From positions 1 through 37,001 of the forward strand of contig JANMSG010000221.1 of the NCBI GenBank assembly GCA_031389065.1: a DNA stretch of 37,001 bases. The letters run 5' to 3'. The position numbers were made by a program, and so were the translations under genes. Source of the DNA: Acidobacteriota bacterium. Lineage in GTDB: Bacteria > Acidobacteriota > Blastocatellia > UBA7656. Numbering within the stretch: the first letter of the stretch is position 1; each line of letters opens with the position of its first letter. Of this stretch, positions 18,854-27,882 are shown piece after piece. The notes beneath the pieces were generated by a model. That model made no database searches. It was not told where the DNA came from and saw nothing but the letters and a program-made list of their open reading frames with translations.

Positions 18854-19840
18854 TTAGTTGTCTCTAGGAACCGCGAGCATACGCTCAAGCGCAAGGCGCG
18901 CGCCTTCCATCACATCTTCTTCGACCTCTATCTCGAATTTGCCTTCAAGGAGCGAACGCTTGATGTCGAAGGGCGTAATCATCTTCATGTAAGGGCAATT
19001 CAAGCGACAGCCAATGCAACCATCAGCGACCACGAACTCCTTATCAGGATAACGCTTCTTCATCTGATGGATGATGCCGTTTTCAGTCGCTACGATGAAG
19101 GTCTTCACATCCGGGTATTTTGCGATTCGTCCGAGCATCGCAGTCGTCGAGCAAATTTCATCAGCAATTGCCAGTATGTCTTCGCGGCATTCGGGATGCG
19201 CGATGACAACCGAATCGGGGAAAGCCGAGCGCGTCTTCTCGACATTCGCGCCACGCAAAACGTCATGTATGGGACAAACGCCATCATAAATCACTACCTC
19301 TTTTTCAGGCACTTGTTTCTTCACCCAATTGCCCAAATTGCGGTCAGGCGTGAACAAAATTTTATTGTTAGGCAAGCTGCGAACGATCGAAACGGCGTTT
19401 GCGGACGTGCAGCAAATATCGCTCAGCGCCTTCACGTCGGCGGTCGAATTCACATACGTTACAACCGAGTGATCAGGGTAACGCCGCTTCCAGTCTTCAA
19501 GACTTTCGGGCGTGATGGAATCGGCAAGCGAACAGCCGGCTGAAAGATTCGGCAACAGGACGCGCTTCTCAGGATTTAAGACCTTCGCGGACTCCGCCAT
19601 AAAGTGAACGCCGCAAAAGATGATGGTTTCGGCATCGGTCTTTTGCGCTTCAAGCGATAGACCCAGACTGTCACCTACGAAATCGGCTATGTCTTGCACG
19701 TCGGGCATCTGGTAATTGTGCGCCAATATAATCGCGTTGCGGCTCTTGGCAAGCTCATGAATCTCTTCCCTCAAAGCCACTTTGTCAGCATCCGTCATCG
19801 GTGCAAATGCTGAATTCATATTTACGATTTGTGTACTCAT
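18854..19840 (-). CDS. nadA: Quinolinate synthase
   Basis: ILAHNYQ, GDSL.L, FCGVHFMAESAK, AGCSLAD, YVNS, CCTSANA, C.IH, AHPEC, CPYMK. Confidence 0.96.
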   Translation of the reverse strand: MSTQIVNMNSAFAPMTDADKVALREEIHELAKSRNAIILAHNYQMPDVQDIADFVGDSLGLSLEAQKTDAETIIFCGVHFMAESAKVLNPEKRVLLPNLSAGCSLADSITPESLEDWKRRYPDHSVVTYVNSTADVKALSDICCTSANAVSIVRSLPNNKILFTPDRNLGNWVKKQVPEKEVVIYDGVCPIHDVLRGANVEKTRSAFPDSVVIAHPECREDILAIADEICSTTAMLGRIAKYPDVKTFIVATENGIIHQMKKRYPDKEFVVADGCIGCRLNCPYMKMITPFDIKRSLLEGKFEIEVEEDVMEGARLALERMLAVPRDN

Positions 19841-20031
19841 TTTTCCTCCACTTTTGCCCCGCGGTCGGGTTTTATCTTGTCCGTGCCTGCGGGAAAAATT
19901 CTCCAGAACTCTTTGCGGATGAGGCTCGCTATGGTCGCGCTTCGATTCATACCGTGGTAACGCGCTACGGCTTCGAGCATCGCTACATCAAGGTCTGTCG
20001 CTGAATAGGTTCTCACTTTTTTCGTTTGCAT
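19837..20031 (-). CDS. Ribbon-helix-helix (CopG/Arc-like) putative transcriptional regulator, 64 aa
   Basis: Basic beta-strand KKVRTYS, helix DVAMLEAVARYH, G-x-N-R-S turn, helix ATIASLIRKEF; stop overlaps the nadA ATG (ATGA). Confidence 0.7.
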   Translation of the reverse strand: MQTKKVRTYSATDLDVAMLEAVARYHGMNRSATIASLIRKEFWRIFPAGTDKIKPDRGAKVEEK

Positions 20032-20063
20032 TCAAAAATCTCATATATAAATTTTATATAAAT

Positions 20064-20092
20064 CTTATACATCTCAGAATACGAGATGTCAA
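20064..20092 (-). promoter_or_regulatory. Sigma70 promoter of the RHH-nadA operon with overlapping palindrome
   Basis: Minus strand TTGACA(20092-20087)-N17-TATAAG(20069-20064); ACATCTC-N7-GAGATGT at 20069-20089. Confidence 0.75.
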
Positions 20093-20384
20093 TCATTATG
20101 TTGCAGGAGGTATAGATATATTCTGAAATGTCTAGACACTTTGTTAGAGGAGCAACCATGAGAATGTTCGGCTGCGATTATGGGGTTAAACCTTTAATGA
20201 TCATCTTAGGTGATACAGAATCCCCTGATTTTTTGGGTTCTAAAGATTTCCTTGCCTTAGTTTATGATCAAATCCCAGACTTTGGTCTTTATTTGGCAAA
20301 TATCAGAACCACCTTTCTTTTCAGTAATTCGCTTTTTGAACCTTTCCAAAAATGAGCACAGATTTGGTGAAGGTATTGATTATC

Positions 20385-20455
20385 CAGTAGGCAGAAAGCA
20401 CCAGGCAGATCGTCATGTGTTGTACTGCGTATTGCCTAGTGCCTAGTGTTTACTG
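20385..20455. repeat. Degenerate inverted heptamer-array element (CAGTAGG-like x3 / CCTAGTG-like x5)
   Basis: CAGTAGG CAGAAAG CACCAGG ... TGTACTG CGTATTG CCTAGTG CCTAGTG TTTACTG; just past the MFS stop. Confidence 0.55.
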
Positions 20456-20464
20456 TCAGTAACC

Positions 20465-21709
20465 TCAAACCACTTCGCCTTGAACCGCTGCCGGTGAGTC
20501 AGCACGGTTGTCTTTGAAAAATAGAAAGAACAACAGCGCGCAAATCACCGTCACAGCGCAGGGCACCAGGAAAATCTTTTGCCAATCAACAGTATCGCCT
20601 GTCGTGAAATAGGCTTGGATAAAGCCTGTAAATTTTGAACTGATTGCCATCCCCAATCCCAATACCACAAATGTAATCAAGGCTTGCGCTGAGGCACGAA
20701 TATCGGGAGGCGCAACCGAATCCACATACACATAGCAAACAATAAAGAAACAGACATAGCAGATCCCATGAAGCGTGAGCGCGGCAATCACCAGCGATTT
20801 TGGTTGTCCCAAAGCAAATACCGCATAACGGACAGGCCAGAACAGAATGCCAACAGCCATAGTCTTACGCACACCCCATTTGCCGAGCATCCAGGGCAGC
20901 GCAAGCATCGTACCGATTTCGGCAATCTGCGCGACGACCATCACGCCTGAGACATTGGCTTTGGCTACGCCGACCGATTCGAGAAAAGGCGCGGTCAACA
21001 TATAGTAAAACTGTAATTCTGTTGAAACCACAAACGCGATAATCATGAACAGAAGAAATGACGGGTCGCGTAACAGCTTCAAGGCAGCAAGGAAAGCCAG
21101 AGGGCTATCGCCTTTCTTTTGTGGCGGTGTGTGTGGCAAGGCAAAGCAGAACAAGCCTAGAATGATGGAAAAGAATCCGCCAATCCATAGGCTGTCATCA
21201 CCTGGCAAACCGGGTAAGCCTTTGTTGTCGAACATCTGACGAACAACCGTCAGTAACAACCCTGCGGAAATCCAGCCATATGTTCCCCAAACCCGCACGA
21301 GACTGAATTTCTTTTGCGCATCAGGAAGATGATGAAAGGCTATAGAATTTGTCAGCGCAAGTGTTGGTCCGTAAACTAACGACCATAAGCCCATATAGAG
21401 TAGGAAATTTCCGTAAGAAGTTTGCGTCGCAAGCAGACAGAGAAAAACTCCACCCGCAAGATGCAAAACGGCGAGTAATTTTTCGGAAGCAACCATTCGG
21501 TCTGCTAACTGCCCTGCAAATAAAGGAGCGATCATGCAGCCTATCGGTAAAAGCATAAATATTGTGCCCACTTGATTGCCGTCGAAACCTAATCCGCCTT
21601 CCGATTTTGAACGCAGCAAATAAGACGAAAGCACAGTCGCCCACATTCCCCATACCATATACTGCAAAAACATCATCGCTGATAAACGCCATCTAACGCC
21701 TTGATTCAT
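20465..21709 (-). CDS. Nucleoside:H+ symporter family MFS permease (NupG/XapB-like)
   Basis: RLSAMMFLQY.VWG.W, GQLADR, PTLALTNSIAF, RVWGT.GW, LPHTPP, Q..EI, LHGICY; AGAGGA RBS before ATG 21709. Confidence 0.88.
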   Translation of the reverse strand: MNQGVRWRLSAMMFLQYMVWGMWATVLSSYLLRSKSEGGLGFDGNQVGTIFMLLPIGCMIAPLFAGQLADRMVASEKLLAVLHLAGGVFLCLLATQTSYGNFLLYMGLWSLVYGPTLALTNSIAFHHLPDAQKKFSLVRVWGTYGWISAGLLLTVVRQMFDNKGLPGLPGDDSLWIGGFFSIILGLFCFALPHTPPQKKGDSPLAFLAALKLLRDPSFLLFMIIAFVVSTELQFYYMLTAPFLESVGVAKANVSGVMVVAQIAEIGTMLALPWMLGKWGVRKTMAVGILFWPVRYAVFALGQPKSLVIAALTLHGICYVCFFIVCYVYVDSVAPPDIRASAQALITFVVLGLGMAISSKFTGFIQAYFTTGDTVDWQKIFLVPCAVTVICALLFFLFFKDNRADSPAAVQGEVV

Positions 21710-21757
21710 AGTCTTCCTCTTGTAGTTTGAATTTAGTAGGTAAATCAACTGCATTTC

Positions 21758-21930
21758 GCGGCTCTGCCGCTTTGATGTGCGGAGAGTCTGTGACTCTCCG
21801 GTGGCCAATGTTTTATATCTTTATCCCGAAAGGCTACACCTTGAGGATTGGCGGCGCAGCCGCAGGCTAAAAAAAGCCTCTCGCCGGAAAGGCTAAGCCT
21901 TTCCGCACATCAAAGCGGCACAGCCGCCAA
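21758..21930. repeat. REPIN/MITE-like element with 26-bp terminal inverted repeats and nested hairpins
   Basis: GCGGCTCTGCCGCTTTGATGTGCGGA 21758-21783 vs 21902-21927 (1 mismatch); hairpins GGAGAGTC/GACTCTCC and GGAAAGGC/GCCTTTCC. Confidence 0.75.
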
Positions 21931-21947
21931 TGAAATATAACCGAATC

Positions 21948-24242
21948 TCACTTCCGCTGAAATTCCGCTGTGCCTAATAACACGCCGACGATTTGCGAAA
22001 TGCGACGATTGGTTGCCGTCTCAGGCTTGCTCTGCAAATTCGCTGTCATCATTGCAGGTCGGTTTGCATCCGTCGAAACAGCTCGCGGTTGCGTGGCGAC
22101 TGGCGTCGGTTGCACCAGATTACCATCCAGACTGGCGCGCAATGCCTGTTGACTCTCGTTCGATAATTCCGTGTGTGTGATGAGCGTTGTCAATTGCTTC
22201 ATCAACAAGTCAGGGTTGCTTGCGACTTCGGCAGAAACCAGACGCGAAGGCTCATAACCGGTTGCAGCAATCTTATGGTTTGCCAGATCTACGCCGAAAT
22301 TGAGGCGATTCAAAAACACGCCGGCGTTGAGCCACTCGGCAGAATTTTCTTTGTAGCCGGTTGGCGCTGCTTGTTGATAAAGCGGCTCGCCCATCTTCCT
22401 GAGCCAATCGTTCAAAGCAGGCACACCACTGGTGTCGCCATCAACGGCGCGAATCGCTGAGGCCACGAGTTCGAGCGGCGATTTTACTTTGGCGCGAAAC
22501 ACCGCAGGCGAGTTGAATTCCGGCGAAGTGAAGATCGTCCGTAACACTTCGGCGATGTCGCCATCGGATTTTAAAAAGACTTGCGCCACGCGTTCCACGA
22601 GTGCTTGTGGCGGATTGTCAGAGACAAATCTCTGGCACAATTTCTTCGAGATGAATCGCGCTGTCGAAGGATGACGCGCCAGAATTTCTAAGACGCGCTT
22701 GCCATCTGATATGCCGCCACCGGCTGGAATCGTCACGCCTAAAACCGTTTTGCTTTCGGTGTCGTGCATCCAGGGGCGAAAGACAAAACCACCACCTTGA
22801 TACGGTTTGTCAATCGTCCAGCCGGTGAAGCAGCGGGCGACTTCCTGCACATCTTTTTGCGTGTAGCCGCCGTCAACACCAAGCGTGTGAAGTTCCATCA
22901 ACTCGCGCGCATAGTTTTCATTGATGCCTGGTTTGCGCGGCGCAGGCGGTGGTGTAAGCGCTTGCGGATTGCGCCTTGCGCCTTGCGGGTTGTTGGGCGT
23001 TGGTTGTTGATTATTGGCAGTCGCCCCTTGATTCTCTTTTGCCACCATCGTCGCGTTGTCGTTTGCCATCATCGCTTCATTCTGTAAATTAGCCGACGAC
23101 GCAAGATTGGCTACAGGAGCCTGTTTCGTGCCTTGAGGTGGTGGCGGATTTTGTGGACGCGGCGGACGCGGTTGTTTCGAGTCAGGCGAAGCGGACATCC
23201 AGTTGTCCAGATAAAACATCATCGCAGGACTTTCGGCTACGCCAGTCAACAAGTCGCGGAATTTGCCTAGCGCGTTCGGACGAATCACATCGCGTTCATA
23301 GCTTGTCACCATCCATTGCACAGCATCTTTTTGCGCGAAGACGTTGAAGTGATTGAACCAGAAATCGGTCATCACTTCCTGCAATTGGCGATTGCTCGAA
23401 ACCGCGCGAACGAGTTTTTGCTGAACCAATTCGCCATAGATTTGCTGCGGGCGACCAAAGACAGGCGGCGCATTTTTTTCGTTAGCCCGTTGGTCAACGA
23501 CCGGCGGCGGCGGATAAAATTGATAAAGTTCCGCTTGTGTCATTCGCAACGTAGGCAATACCATCAAACGTTTCTCTACTTCAGAATCGTCTATGGTTTC
23601 GGGATGCAATTGAGAGTCGAGAAATTTCTCGACGGTCTGTCGTCTGATGTTTTCAAAATCGCCGGGTCGAGCGCCAAACGTCAGGCGATTTAACAAGTGC
23701 AAAATCTTCTGATCCTGGGCAAGCAACGCACTGCGAATTTTTGCAGACGCCGTAGCTACGCGAACCAAAGGCTCTGCGCTTGCGAGTCCATTTGCGGCAG
23801 TCGCATCATTGTTGCGAGTGCGCGGCGCAATATTGATCAAAACGAAGCCTGGCGGCAAAGGAACAGGCAGTTGCACATTGACTTGGGGGAGCTTGGCTTT
23901 CTGTTCTTCGGTAAGCATTGCCATCACTTCTTCACGGATGTCGCTCTGTTGTTTTTGAACATCAATTTGAAGTTTCTGTGAATAAGGTTGCATCTGCGCA
24001 CGGGAGCGCAGTTCTTTGATCTGCGGCTCATGTCTGGTAAAGACTTCGCGCAATTTATTGGTCTGCTCGCCGTTGAGCGCAAGCCCCTCGCTCATTCTTT
24101 TGATGATTGGCTCCAGCGTAAAAGGTTGTTGTGGCGCTGGCCCTTGTAGCGGTTGTTGTGGCACTTGAGCGAAAGTATTTACAGGCGCCAGCAACATTGC
24201 CGCAATGATTGAGAAGATAAACAAACGAGCTTTTAGCTTCAT
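21948..24242 (-). CDS. DUF1800 family exported protein with N-terminal helical extension
   Basis: HLLNRLTFG, QLQEVMTDFWFNHFNV, PAMMFYLDN, NENYARELMELHTLG, HPSTARFI, KVKSPLE, EFQRK. Confidence 0.88.
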   Translation of the reverse strand: MKLKARLFIFSIIAAMLLAPVNTFAQVPQQPLQGPAPQQPFTLEPIIKRMSEGLALNGEQTNKLREVFTRHEPQIKELRSRAQMQPYSQKLQIDVQKQQSDIREEVMAMLTEEQKAKLPQVNVQLPVPLPPGFVLINIAPRTRNNDATAANGLASAEPLVRVATASAKIRSALLAQDQKILHLLNRLTFGARPGDFENIRRQTVEKFLDSQLHPETIDDSEVEKRLMVLPTLRMTQAELYQFYPPPPVVDQRANEKNAPPVFGRPQQIYGELVQQKLVRAVSSNRQLQEVMTDFWFNHFNVFAQKDAVQWMVTSYERDVIRPNALGKFRDLLTGVAESPAMMFYLDNWMSASPDSKQPRPPRPQNPPPPQGTKQAPVANLASSANLQNEAMMANDNATMVAKENQGATANNQQPTPNNPQGARRNPQALTPPPAPRKPGINENYARELMELHTLGVDGGYTQKDVQEVARCFTGWTIDKPYQGGGFVFRPWMHDTESKTVLGVTIPAGGGISDGKRVLEILARHPSTARFISKKLCQRFVSDNPPQALVERVAQVFLKSDGDIAEVLRTIFTSPEFNSPAVFRAKVKSPLELVASAIRAVDGDTSGVPALNDWLRKMGEPLYQQAAPTGYKENSAEWLNAGVFLNRLNFGVDLANHKIAATGYEPSRLVSAEVASNPDLLMKQLTTLITHTELSNESQQALRASLDGNLVQPTPVATQPRAVSTDANRPAMMTANLQSKPETATNRRISQIVGVLLGTAEFQRK

Positions 24243-24391
24243 AGCAACTCCTTAAAAAAACTACCAGGGGAGATAGGGACAATTTACCGTTGATTGTTGA
24301 CAATGAGCAATAGAGATTTATTCATTTCGCTTTCTACATGCGTCATTTGTCGCCTTTACAATCGGCAGCCAGGTTTTTTATCTCCTGCGGC

Positions 24392-24416
24392 GCAACTTTT
24401 TTATCGCTCACCTGTT
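24392..24416 (+). promoter_or_regulatory. Candidate autoregulatory ECF promoter
   Basis: GCAAC-N17-GTT about 20 nt upstream of the ECF sigma ATG. Confidence 0.35.
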
Positions 24417-24436
24417 TTATAGACGTAGAGAATTTT

Positions 24437-24964
24437 ATGGCACAAGCAGACGATGAATTCGTTGCGATCTTCGACGAGGTCTATGCGAATCTCTGCCGTT
24501 TTCTGGAGTGTCTGATGGGCAATTACAGCGCCGCTCAAGATATTGCTCAAGAGAGTTTTTTGCGGCTGCATGGCTTTGGCATGTCTCGCCTGCCAACTGG
24601 CGAAGCGCGTTTCTGGCTCTTTCGTGTGGCGCGTAATCTGGCGTTGAACGAATTGGAAAAAGGACGGACGCGAGTGAAATTTATAGGAAAAGTTACAGAG
24701 ATGTTTCACTCGATTCCGCCAAATCCTGAAGAGATCGCCACACAATCGGAGCGTCAGGAAAAGGTATTCGAGTTGATGCGCGCTTTGCCTGAACATCAGC
24801 GCGCGGCTTTGTTGCTGCGCGAACAGGAAGAGATGAGTTACAGCGAAATCGCCGCAGTGTTGAAGGTTTCCGAAAGCAAAATCAAATCGGACATCTTTCG
24901 CGCTCGAAGCATTTTGCGCGAAAAGTGGAATGAAATAAATAAAAAATCTGCGAAAGCTTTTTAG
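24437..24964 (+). CDS. ECF RNA polymerase sigma factor
   Basis: AQDIAQESFLRL, WLFRVARNLALN (region 2); LPEHQRAALLLRE.EEMSYSEIA.VL..SE..IKS.IFRAR (region 4). Confidence 0.92.
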   Translation: MAQADDEFVAIFDEVYANLCRFLECLMGNYSAAQDIAQESFLRLHGFGMSRLPTGEARFWLFRVARNLALNELEKGRTRVKFIGKVTEMFHSIPPNPEEIATQSERQEKVFELMRALPEHQRAALLLREQEEMSYSEIAAVLKVSESKIKSDIFRARSILREKWNEINKKSAKAF

Positions 24965-24998
24965 TTCAGTGATGTTCAGAAAATCTAGTTGAGGATTT

Positions 24999-25493
24999 AT
25001 GGATTGCAAATTCACAGAGAAAATATCGCTATTGATGGATGGCGAATTGACAGACGACGAATCCCGTCAAACTCAGTTGCACCTATCGGCTTGTTCGATG
25101 TGCCAACAGACTCAAGAAGATTTTTTACTCTTGCGACAAGAGATTCGAGACTACCCACGCCATCCTGATATAAGCGCCCAAAGGCAGGCCATCCGAAATC
25201 TTCTCAACTCCGAAACAATTCCCTTCTGGCGCAGAAAAATTGTGCTGCCGGTTCCTGCATTCGCTTTGATTTTTTTGTTGTTTGTGGCTTTGAGCGTGTG
25301 GGCGGCCTATTTGCGCGCAACAAAATCGCCGCAACCGACAGCGACAATTCAACTTCCTAAACCTCTGGAAGAGCCTCCGGTTTCGGCTAACGCTTTGGAC
25401 CTGTCACGATTCGACAAAGGCGAGCGCGCAGTGATTTACACAGCGAGACGAACGCTAAAAAACAACGAGCCGCAGCGAGAAATCAAACCATGA
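24999..25493 (+). CDS. Zinc-binding (zf-HC2/ZAS) membrane anti-sigma factor
   Basis: MDC...ISLLMDGEL...HLSACSMC (HxxxCxxC), one TM helix. Confidence 0.85.
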   Translation: MDCKFTEKISLLMDGELTDDESRQTQLHLSACSMCQQTQEDFLLLRQEIRDYPRHPDISAQRQAIRNLLNSETIPFWRRKIVLPVPAFALIFLLFVALSVWAAYLRATKSPQPTATIQLPKPLEEPPVSANALDLSRFDKGERAVIYTARRTLKNNEPQREIKP

Positions 25494-26443
25494 AAACACC
25501 AATTCGAGTTTCTCTGATTCTTCTTATGCTTATGTTATTGATGATGAATGCCGGAAGCGGTCGTTCGATACAATCGATTCCTCTTGCCAGCGAACCCAAG
25601 CGCATACGCTTTCAGATTGTAACCATCGAAGAAAAAGCAGGCGTTCGAAATATTATTTCATCGGCTTTAATTGAAGGACCTCCGGGAACCGATTTTGATA
25701 TAGACTTACATGGAGAGCGTTTCAAAATGAGCGCGAAATTTCTGACAGACCTTGAGGGAAACAATCGGCTAAAACTTCGCGCCAACCTGCAAACACGCAG
25801 ATTGTACGGATACTCGGAACGAAATCTGCCGCTTTATGAAGAAGACGAGCAGAGTCAAACCCTGCAACTCGGATTTGATGAAGATGTAATTTTGCTGCCC
25901 TTCGGACGCAACGGCGGCGATGACAAATTAAAAATAGAAATCACCCCTGCGATGACAGACGAGACTGTTTACGACGAATCCGGCAAACTGCGCTCTCTTG
26001 AAATCAAAATGCCGAAAGTGAGCCCGGGCGGCATTGTCAGCATTCAGGCACATAAAATTCCTCATCGCTTTGACGCCGATGTTGTGCTGCTCGAAGACGG
26101 CATAGAGATTGCGCGCTCAGAAGCCAACTTGCTGCTGAGAGAGAAGCAAGAGGTCTTGTTACATCCTGTTTCACTAAACTCTACAGGCAAGCCGCTGCTT
26201 GTCAATCTCCGCGTTGAAGATTTCCTGCAATCCGGATTCAATAAAAATGCGGTTATCAATTTCGATATTCTTCAACTGAGGAACGGCAGGGATCGCGAAA
26301 TCATCGGACTGAACTGGTCAGGTGTTGCACAAATCGGCAATGACGCAGTTTACAATCTGAGTGAATTCTATCTGCCTGGTTCCGGCAAAAAATATGAATT
26401 GAGGTTCAACATCAAAATTGCCAGAGGTGAAATCGTCGAGTAG
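25490..26443 (+). CDS. Exported hypothetical protein in the ECF operon
   Basis: Signal peptide; ATGA overlap with the anti-sigma stop; no recognised domain. Confidence 0.7.
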   Translation: MKTPIRVSLILLMLMLLMMNAGSGRSIQSIPLASEPKRIRFQIVTIEEKAGVRNIISSALIEGPPGTDFDIDLHGERFKMSAKFLTDLEGNNRLKLRANLQTRRLYGYSERNLPLYEEDEQSQTLQLGFDEDVILLPFGRNGGDDKLKIEITPAMTDETVYDESGKLRSLEIKMPKVSPGGIVSIQAHKIPHRFDADVVLLEDGIEIARSEANLLLREKQEVLLHPVSLNSTGKPLLVNLRVEDFLQSGFNKNAVINFDILQLRNGRDREIIGLNWSGVAQIGNDAVYNLSEFYLPGSGKKYELRFNIKIARGEIVE

Positions 26444-26562
26444 CTCTGCAAAATTCTATCGCCCGGACAACTGAAAATTCTCAAGTAATCATTTGAGAGC
26501 AACCCATCACTCAACAATATTTTGTTTGGTGTACAGGAATCGTGTTCCTGTTTGGAGAAATT

Positions 26563-27882
26563 ATGTTGCAAAAATATATCTGCTTTTTCATGCTTCCGTT
26601 TTTCCTGCCGGCGCTTTCATCAGGCGTACAGGGGAAGGCAATTGATACAACTCTGGCTGCACAATACTTTCAAGAAGCGCGCGCCATCTGTGCCAAAGAT
26701 AAAGGCTTGCTTTGGGGCGTTTCGCTTTACGGACCTATGATGTTCGTGGACCGCAACACGCGAATGATAGTTGCCAATCAAAGCGACGTCGAAGGACGCC
26801 TCGTCAAAAACGGCGAGGTCTTTGTCGGACGCTTGCCCGACGAAGAAAACATCGCCAATACCGCAACGTATTGGGCTGGCGTGAAATGGACGATGATAAT
26901 TTTCCCTTTGCCAACCGACGAACTCGACAGAGCGCGCTTGATGCTTCACGAATTGTTTCATCGTGTGCAGGAGGAATTGGGTTTCCCGCTTGCTAATCCT
27001 TCAAACAATCATCTGGATTCATTGGCAGGTCGTTACTGGTTGCAAATGGAATGGCGCGCCCTGCAACGCGCCTTGACGAGACAAGGAGAAGAACGTCGAA
27101 AAGCCATAAGTGACGCGCTGATTTTTCGCGCTCGTCGCCAAGAAGTTTTTCCGCAATCGGCGCGTACTGAAAATGATTTAGAGTTGAACGAAGGGCTTGC
27201 TGAATACACGGGCGTTACGTTGCGTGGCACGACGGACGCGGAATCCGTAAATTTCTTTACGAAACAATTGAAGGAGTTTGAATCGAGACCTACTTTTGTG
27301 CGCTCTTTTGCGTATGCTTCGGGACCGGCTTACGGAATCCTGCTCGACAAAGCAAATCCGAATTGGCGAAAGAGTGTAAAACAGGAACGTGATATGGCAG
27401 CAATTTTAGCAAAGGCGCTCGCCATCAAAACGCCTGAAGGCTTGCAGCAAAAAGCCGAGCAATCTGCTAGGAAGTACGATGGCGACACCCTGTTTGCCAC
27501 GGAGACAGAACGTGAAAACAATCGCAAAAAGCGCGTCGCAGCCTATCGCGCGCGATTCGTTGAAGGCGCTGTCCTGACGATCCCTCTTACCAGCGAAGTG
27601 CGGTATGGTTTCAATCCGAATAACCTGGAGGTATTGGACGAATCGAACACCGTCTTTCCGAATGTCAGAGTCAGCGATGTTTGGGGAATATTGACCGTAG
27701 CAAACGGTGCAATCCTGACGCGCAAAGATGGTCAAGTTGTAAAGGTCACGGTTTCCGCACCGGCAAATCTTCAAGCGAAACCTTTGCAGGGCGATGGCTG
27801 GACGCTGGAACTGAAAGATGGTTGGAAGTTGGAAGCAGGCGAACGCAGGGGAGATTACACTATTAAAGAAACGATGAAGTAG
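26563..27882 (+). CDS. Exported putative zinc metallopeptidase (gluzincin-like)
   Basis: GGAGA RBS before ATG 26563; signal peptide; HELFH and downstream NEGLAEY. Confidence 0.65.
   Translation: MLQKYICFFMLPFFLPALSSGVQGKAIDTTLAAQYFQEARAICAKDKGLLWGVSLYGPMMFVDRNTRMIVANQSDVEGRLVKNGEVFVGRLPDEENIANTATYWAGVKWTMIIFPLPTDELDRARLMLHELFHRVQEELGFPLANPSNNHLDSLAGRYWLQMEWRALQRALTRQGEERRKAISDALIFRARRQEVFPQSARTENDLELNEGLAEYTGVTLRGTTDAESVNFFTKQLKEFESRPTFVRSFAYASGPAYGILLDKANPNWRKSVKQERDMAAILAKALAIKTPEGLQQKAEQSARKYDGDTLFATETERENNRKKRVAAYRARFVEGAVLTIPLTSEVRYGFNPNNLEVLDESNTVFPNVRVSDVWGILTVANGAILTRKDGQVVKVTVSAPANLQAKPLQGDGWTLELKDGWKLEAGERRGDYTIKETMK

Noticed and set aside
19841-20100. NAD+-I (nadA motif) riboswitch upstream of nadA
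   Set aside because: The upstream region is an RHH ORF plus a short AT-rich leader; no GC-rich tandem aptamer is visible (Infernal would be decisive)
20128-20446. Small plus-strand ORFs divergent from RHH-nadA
   Set aside because: An AGAGGAG RBS precedes ATG 20158, but there is no recognisable motif and the frames overlap; cannot tell a small gene from a remnant
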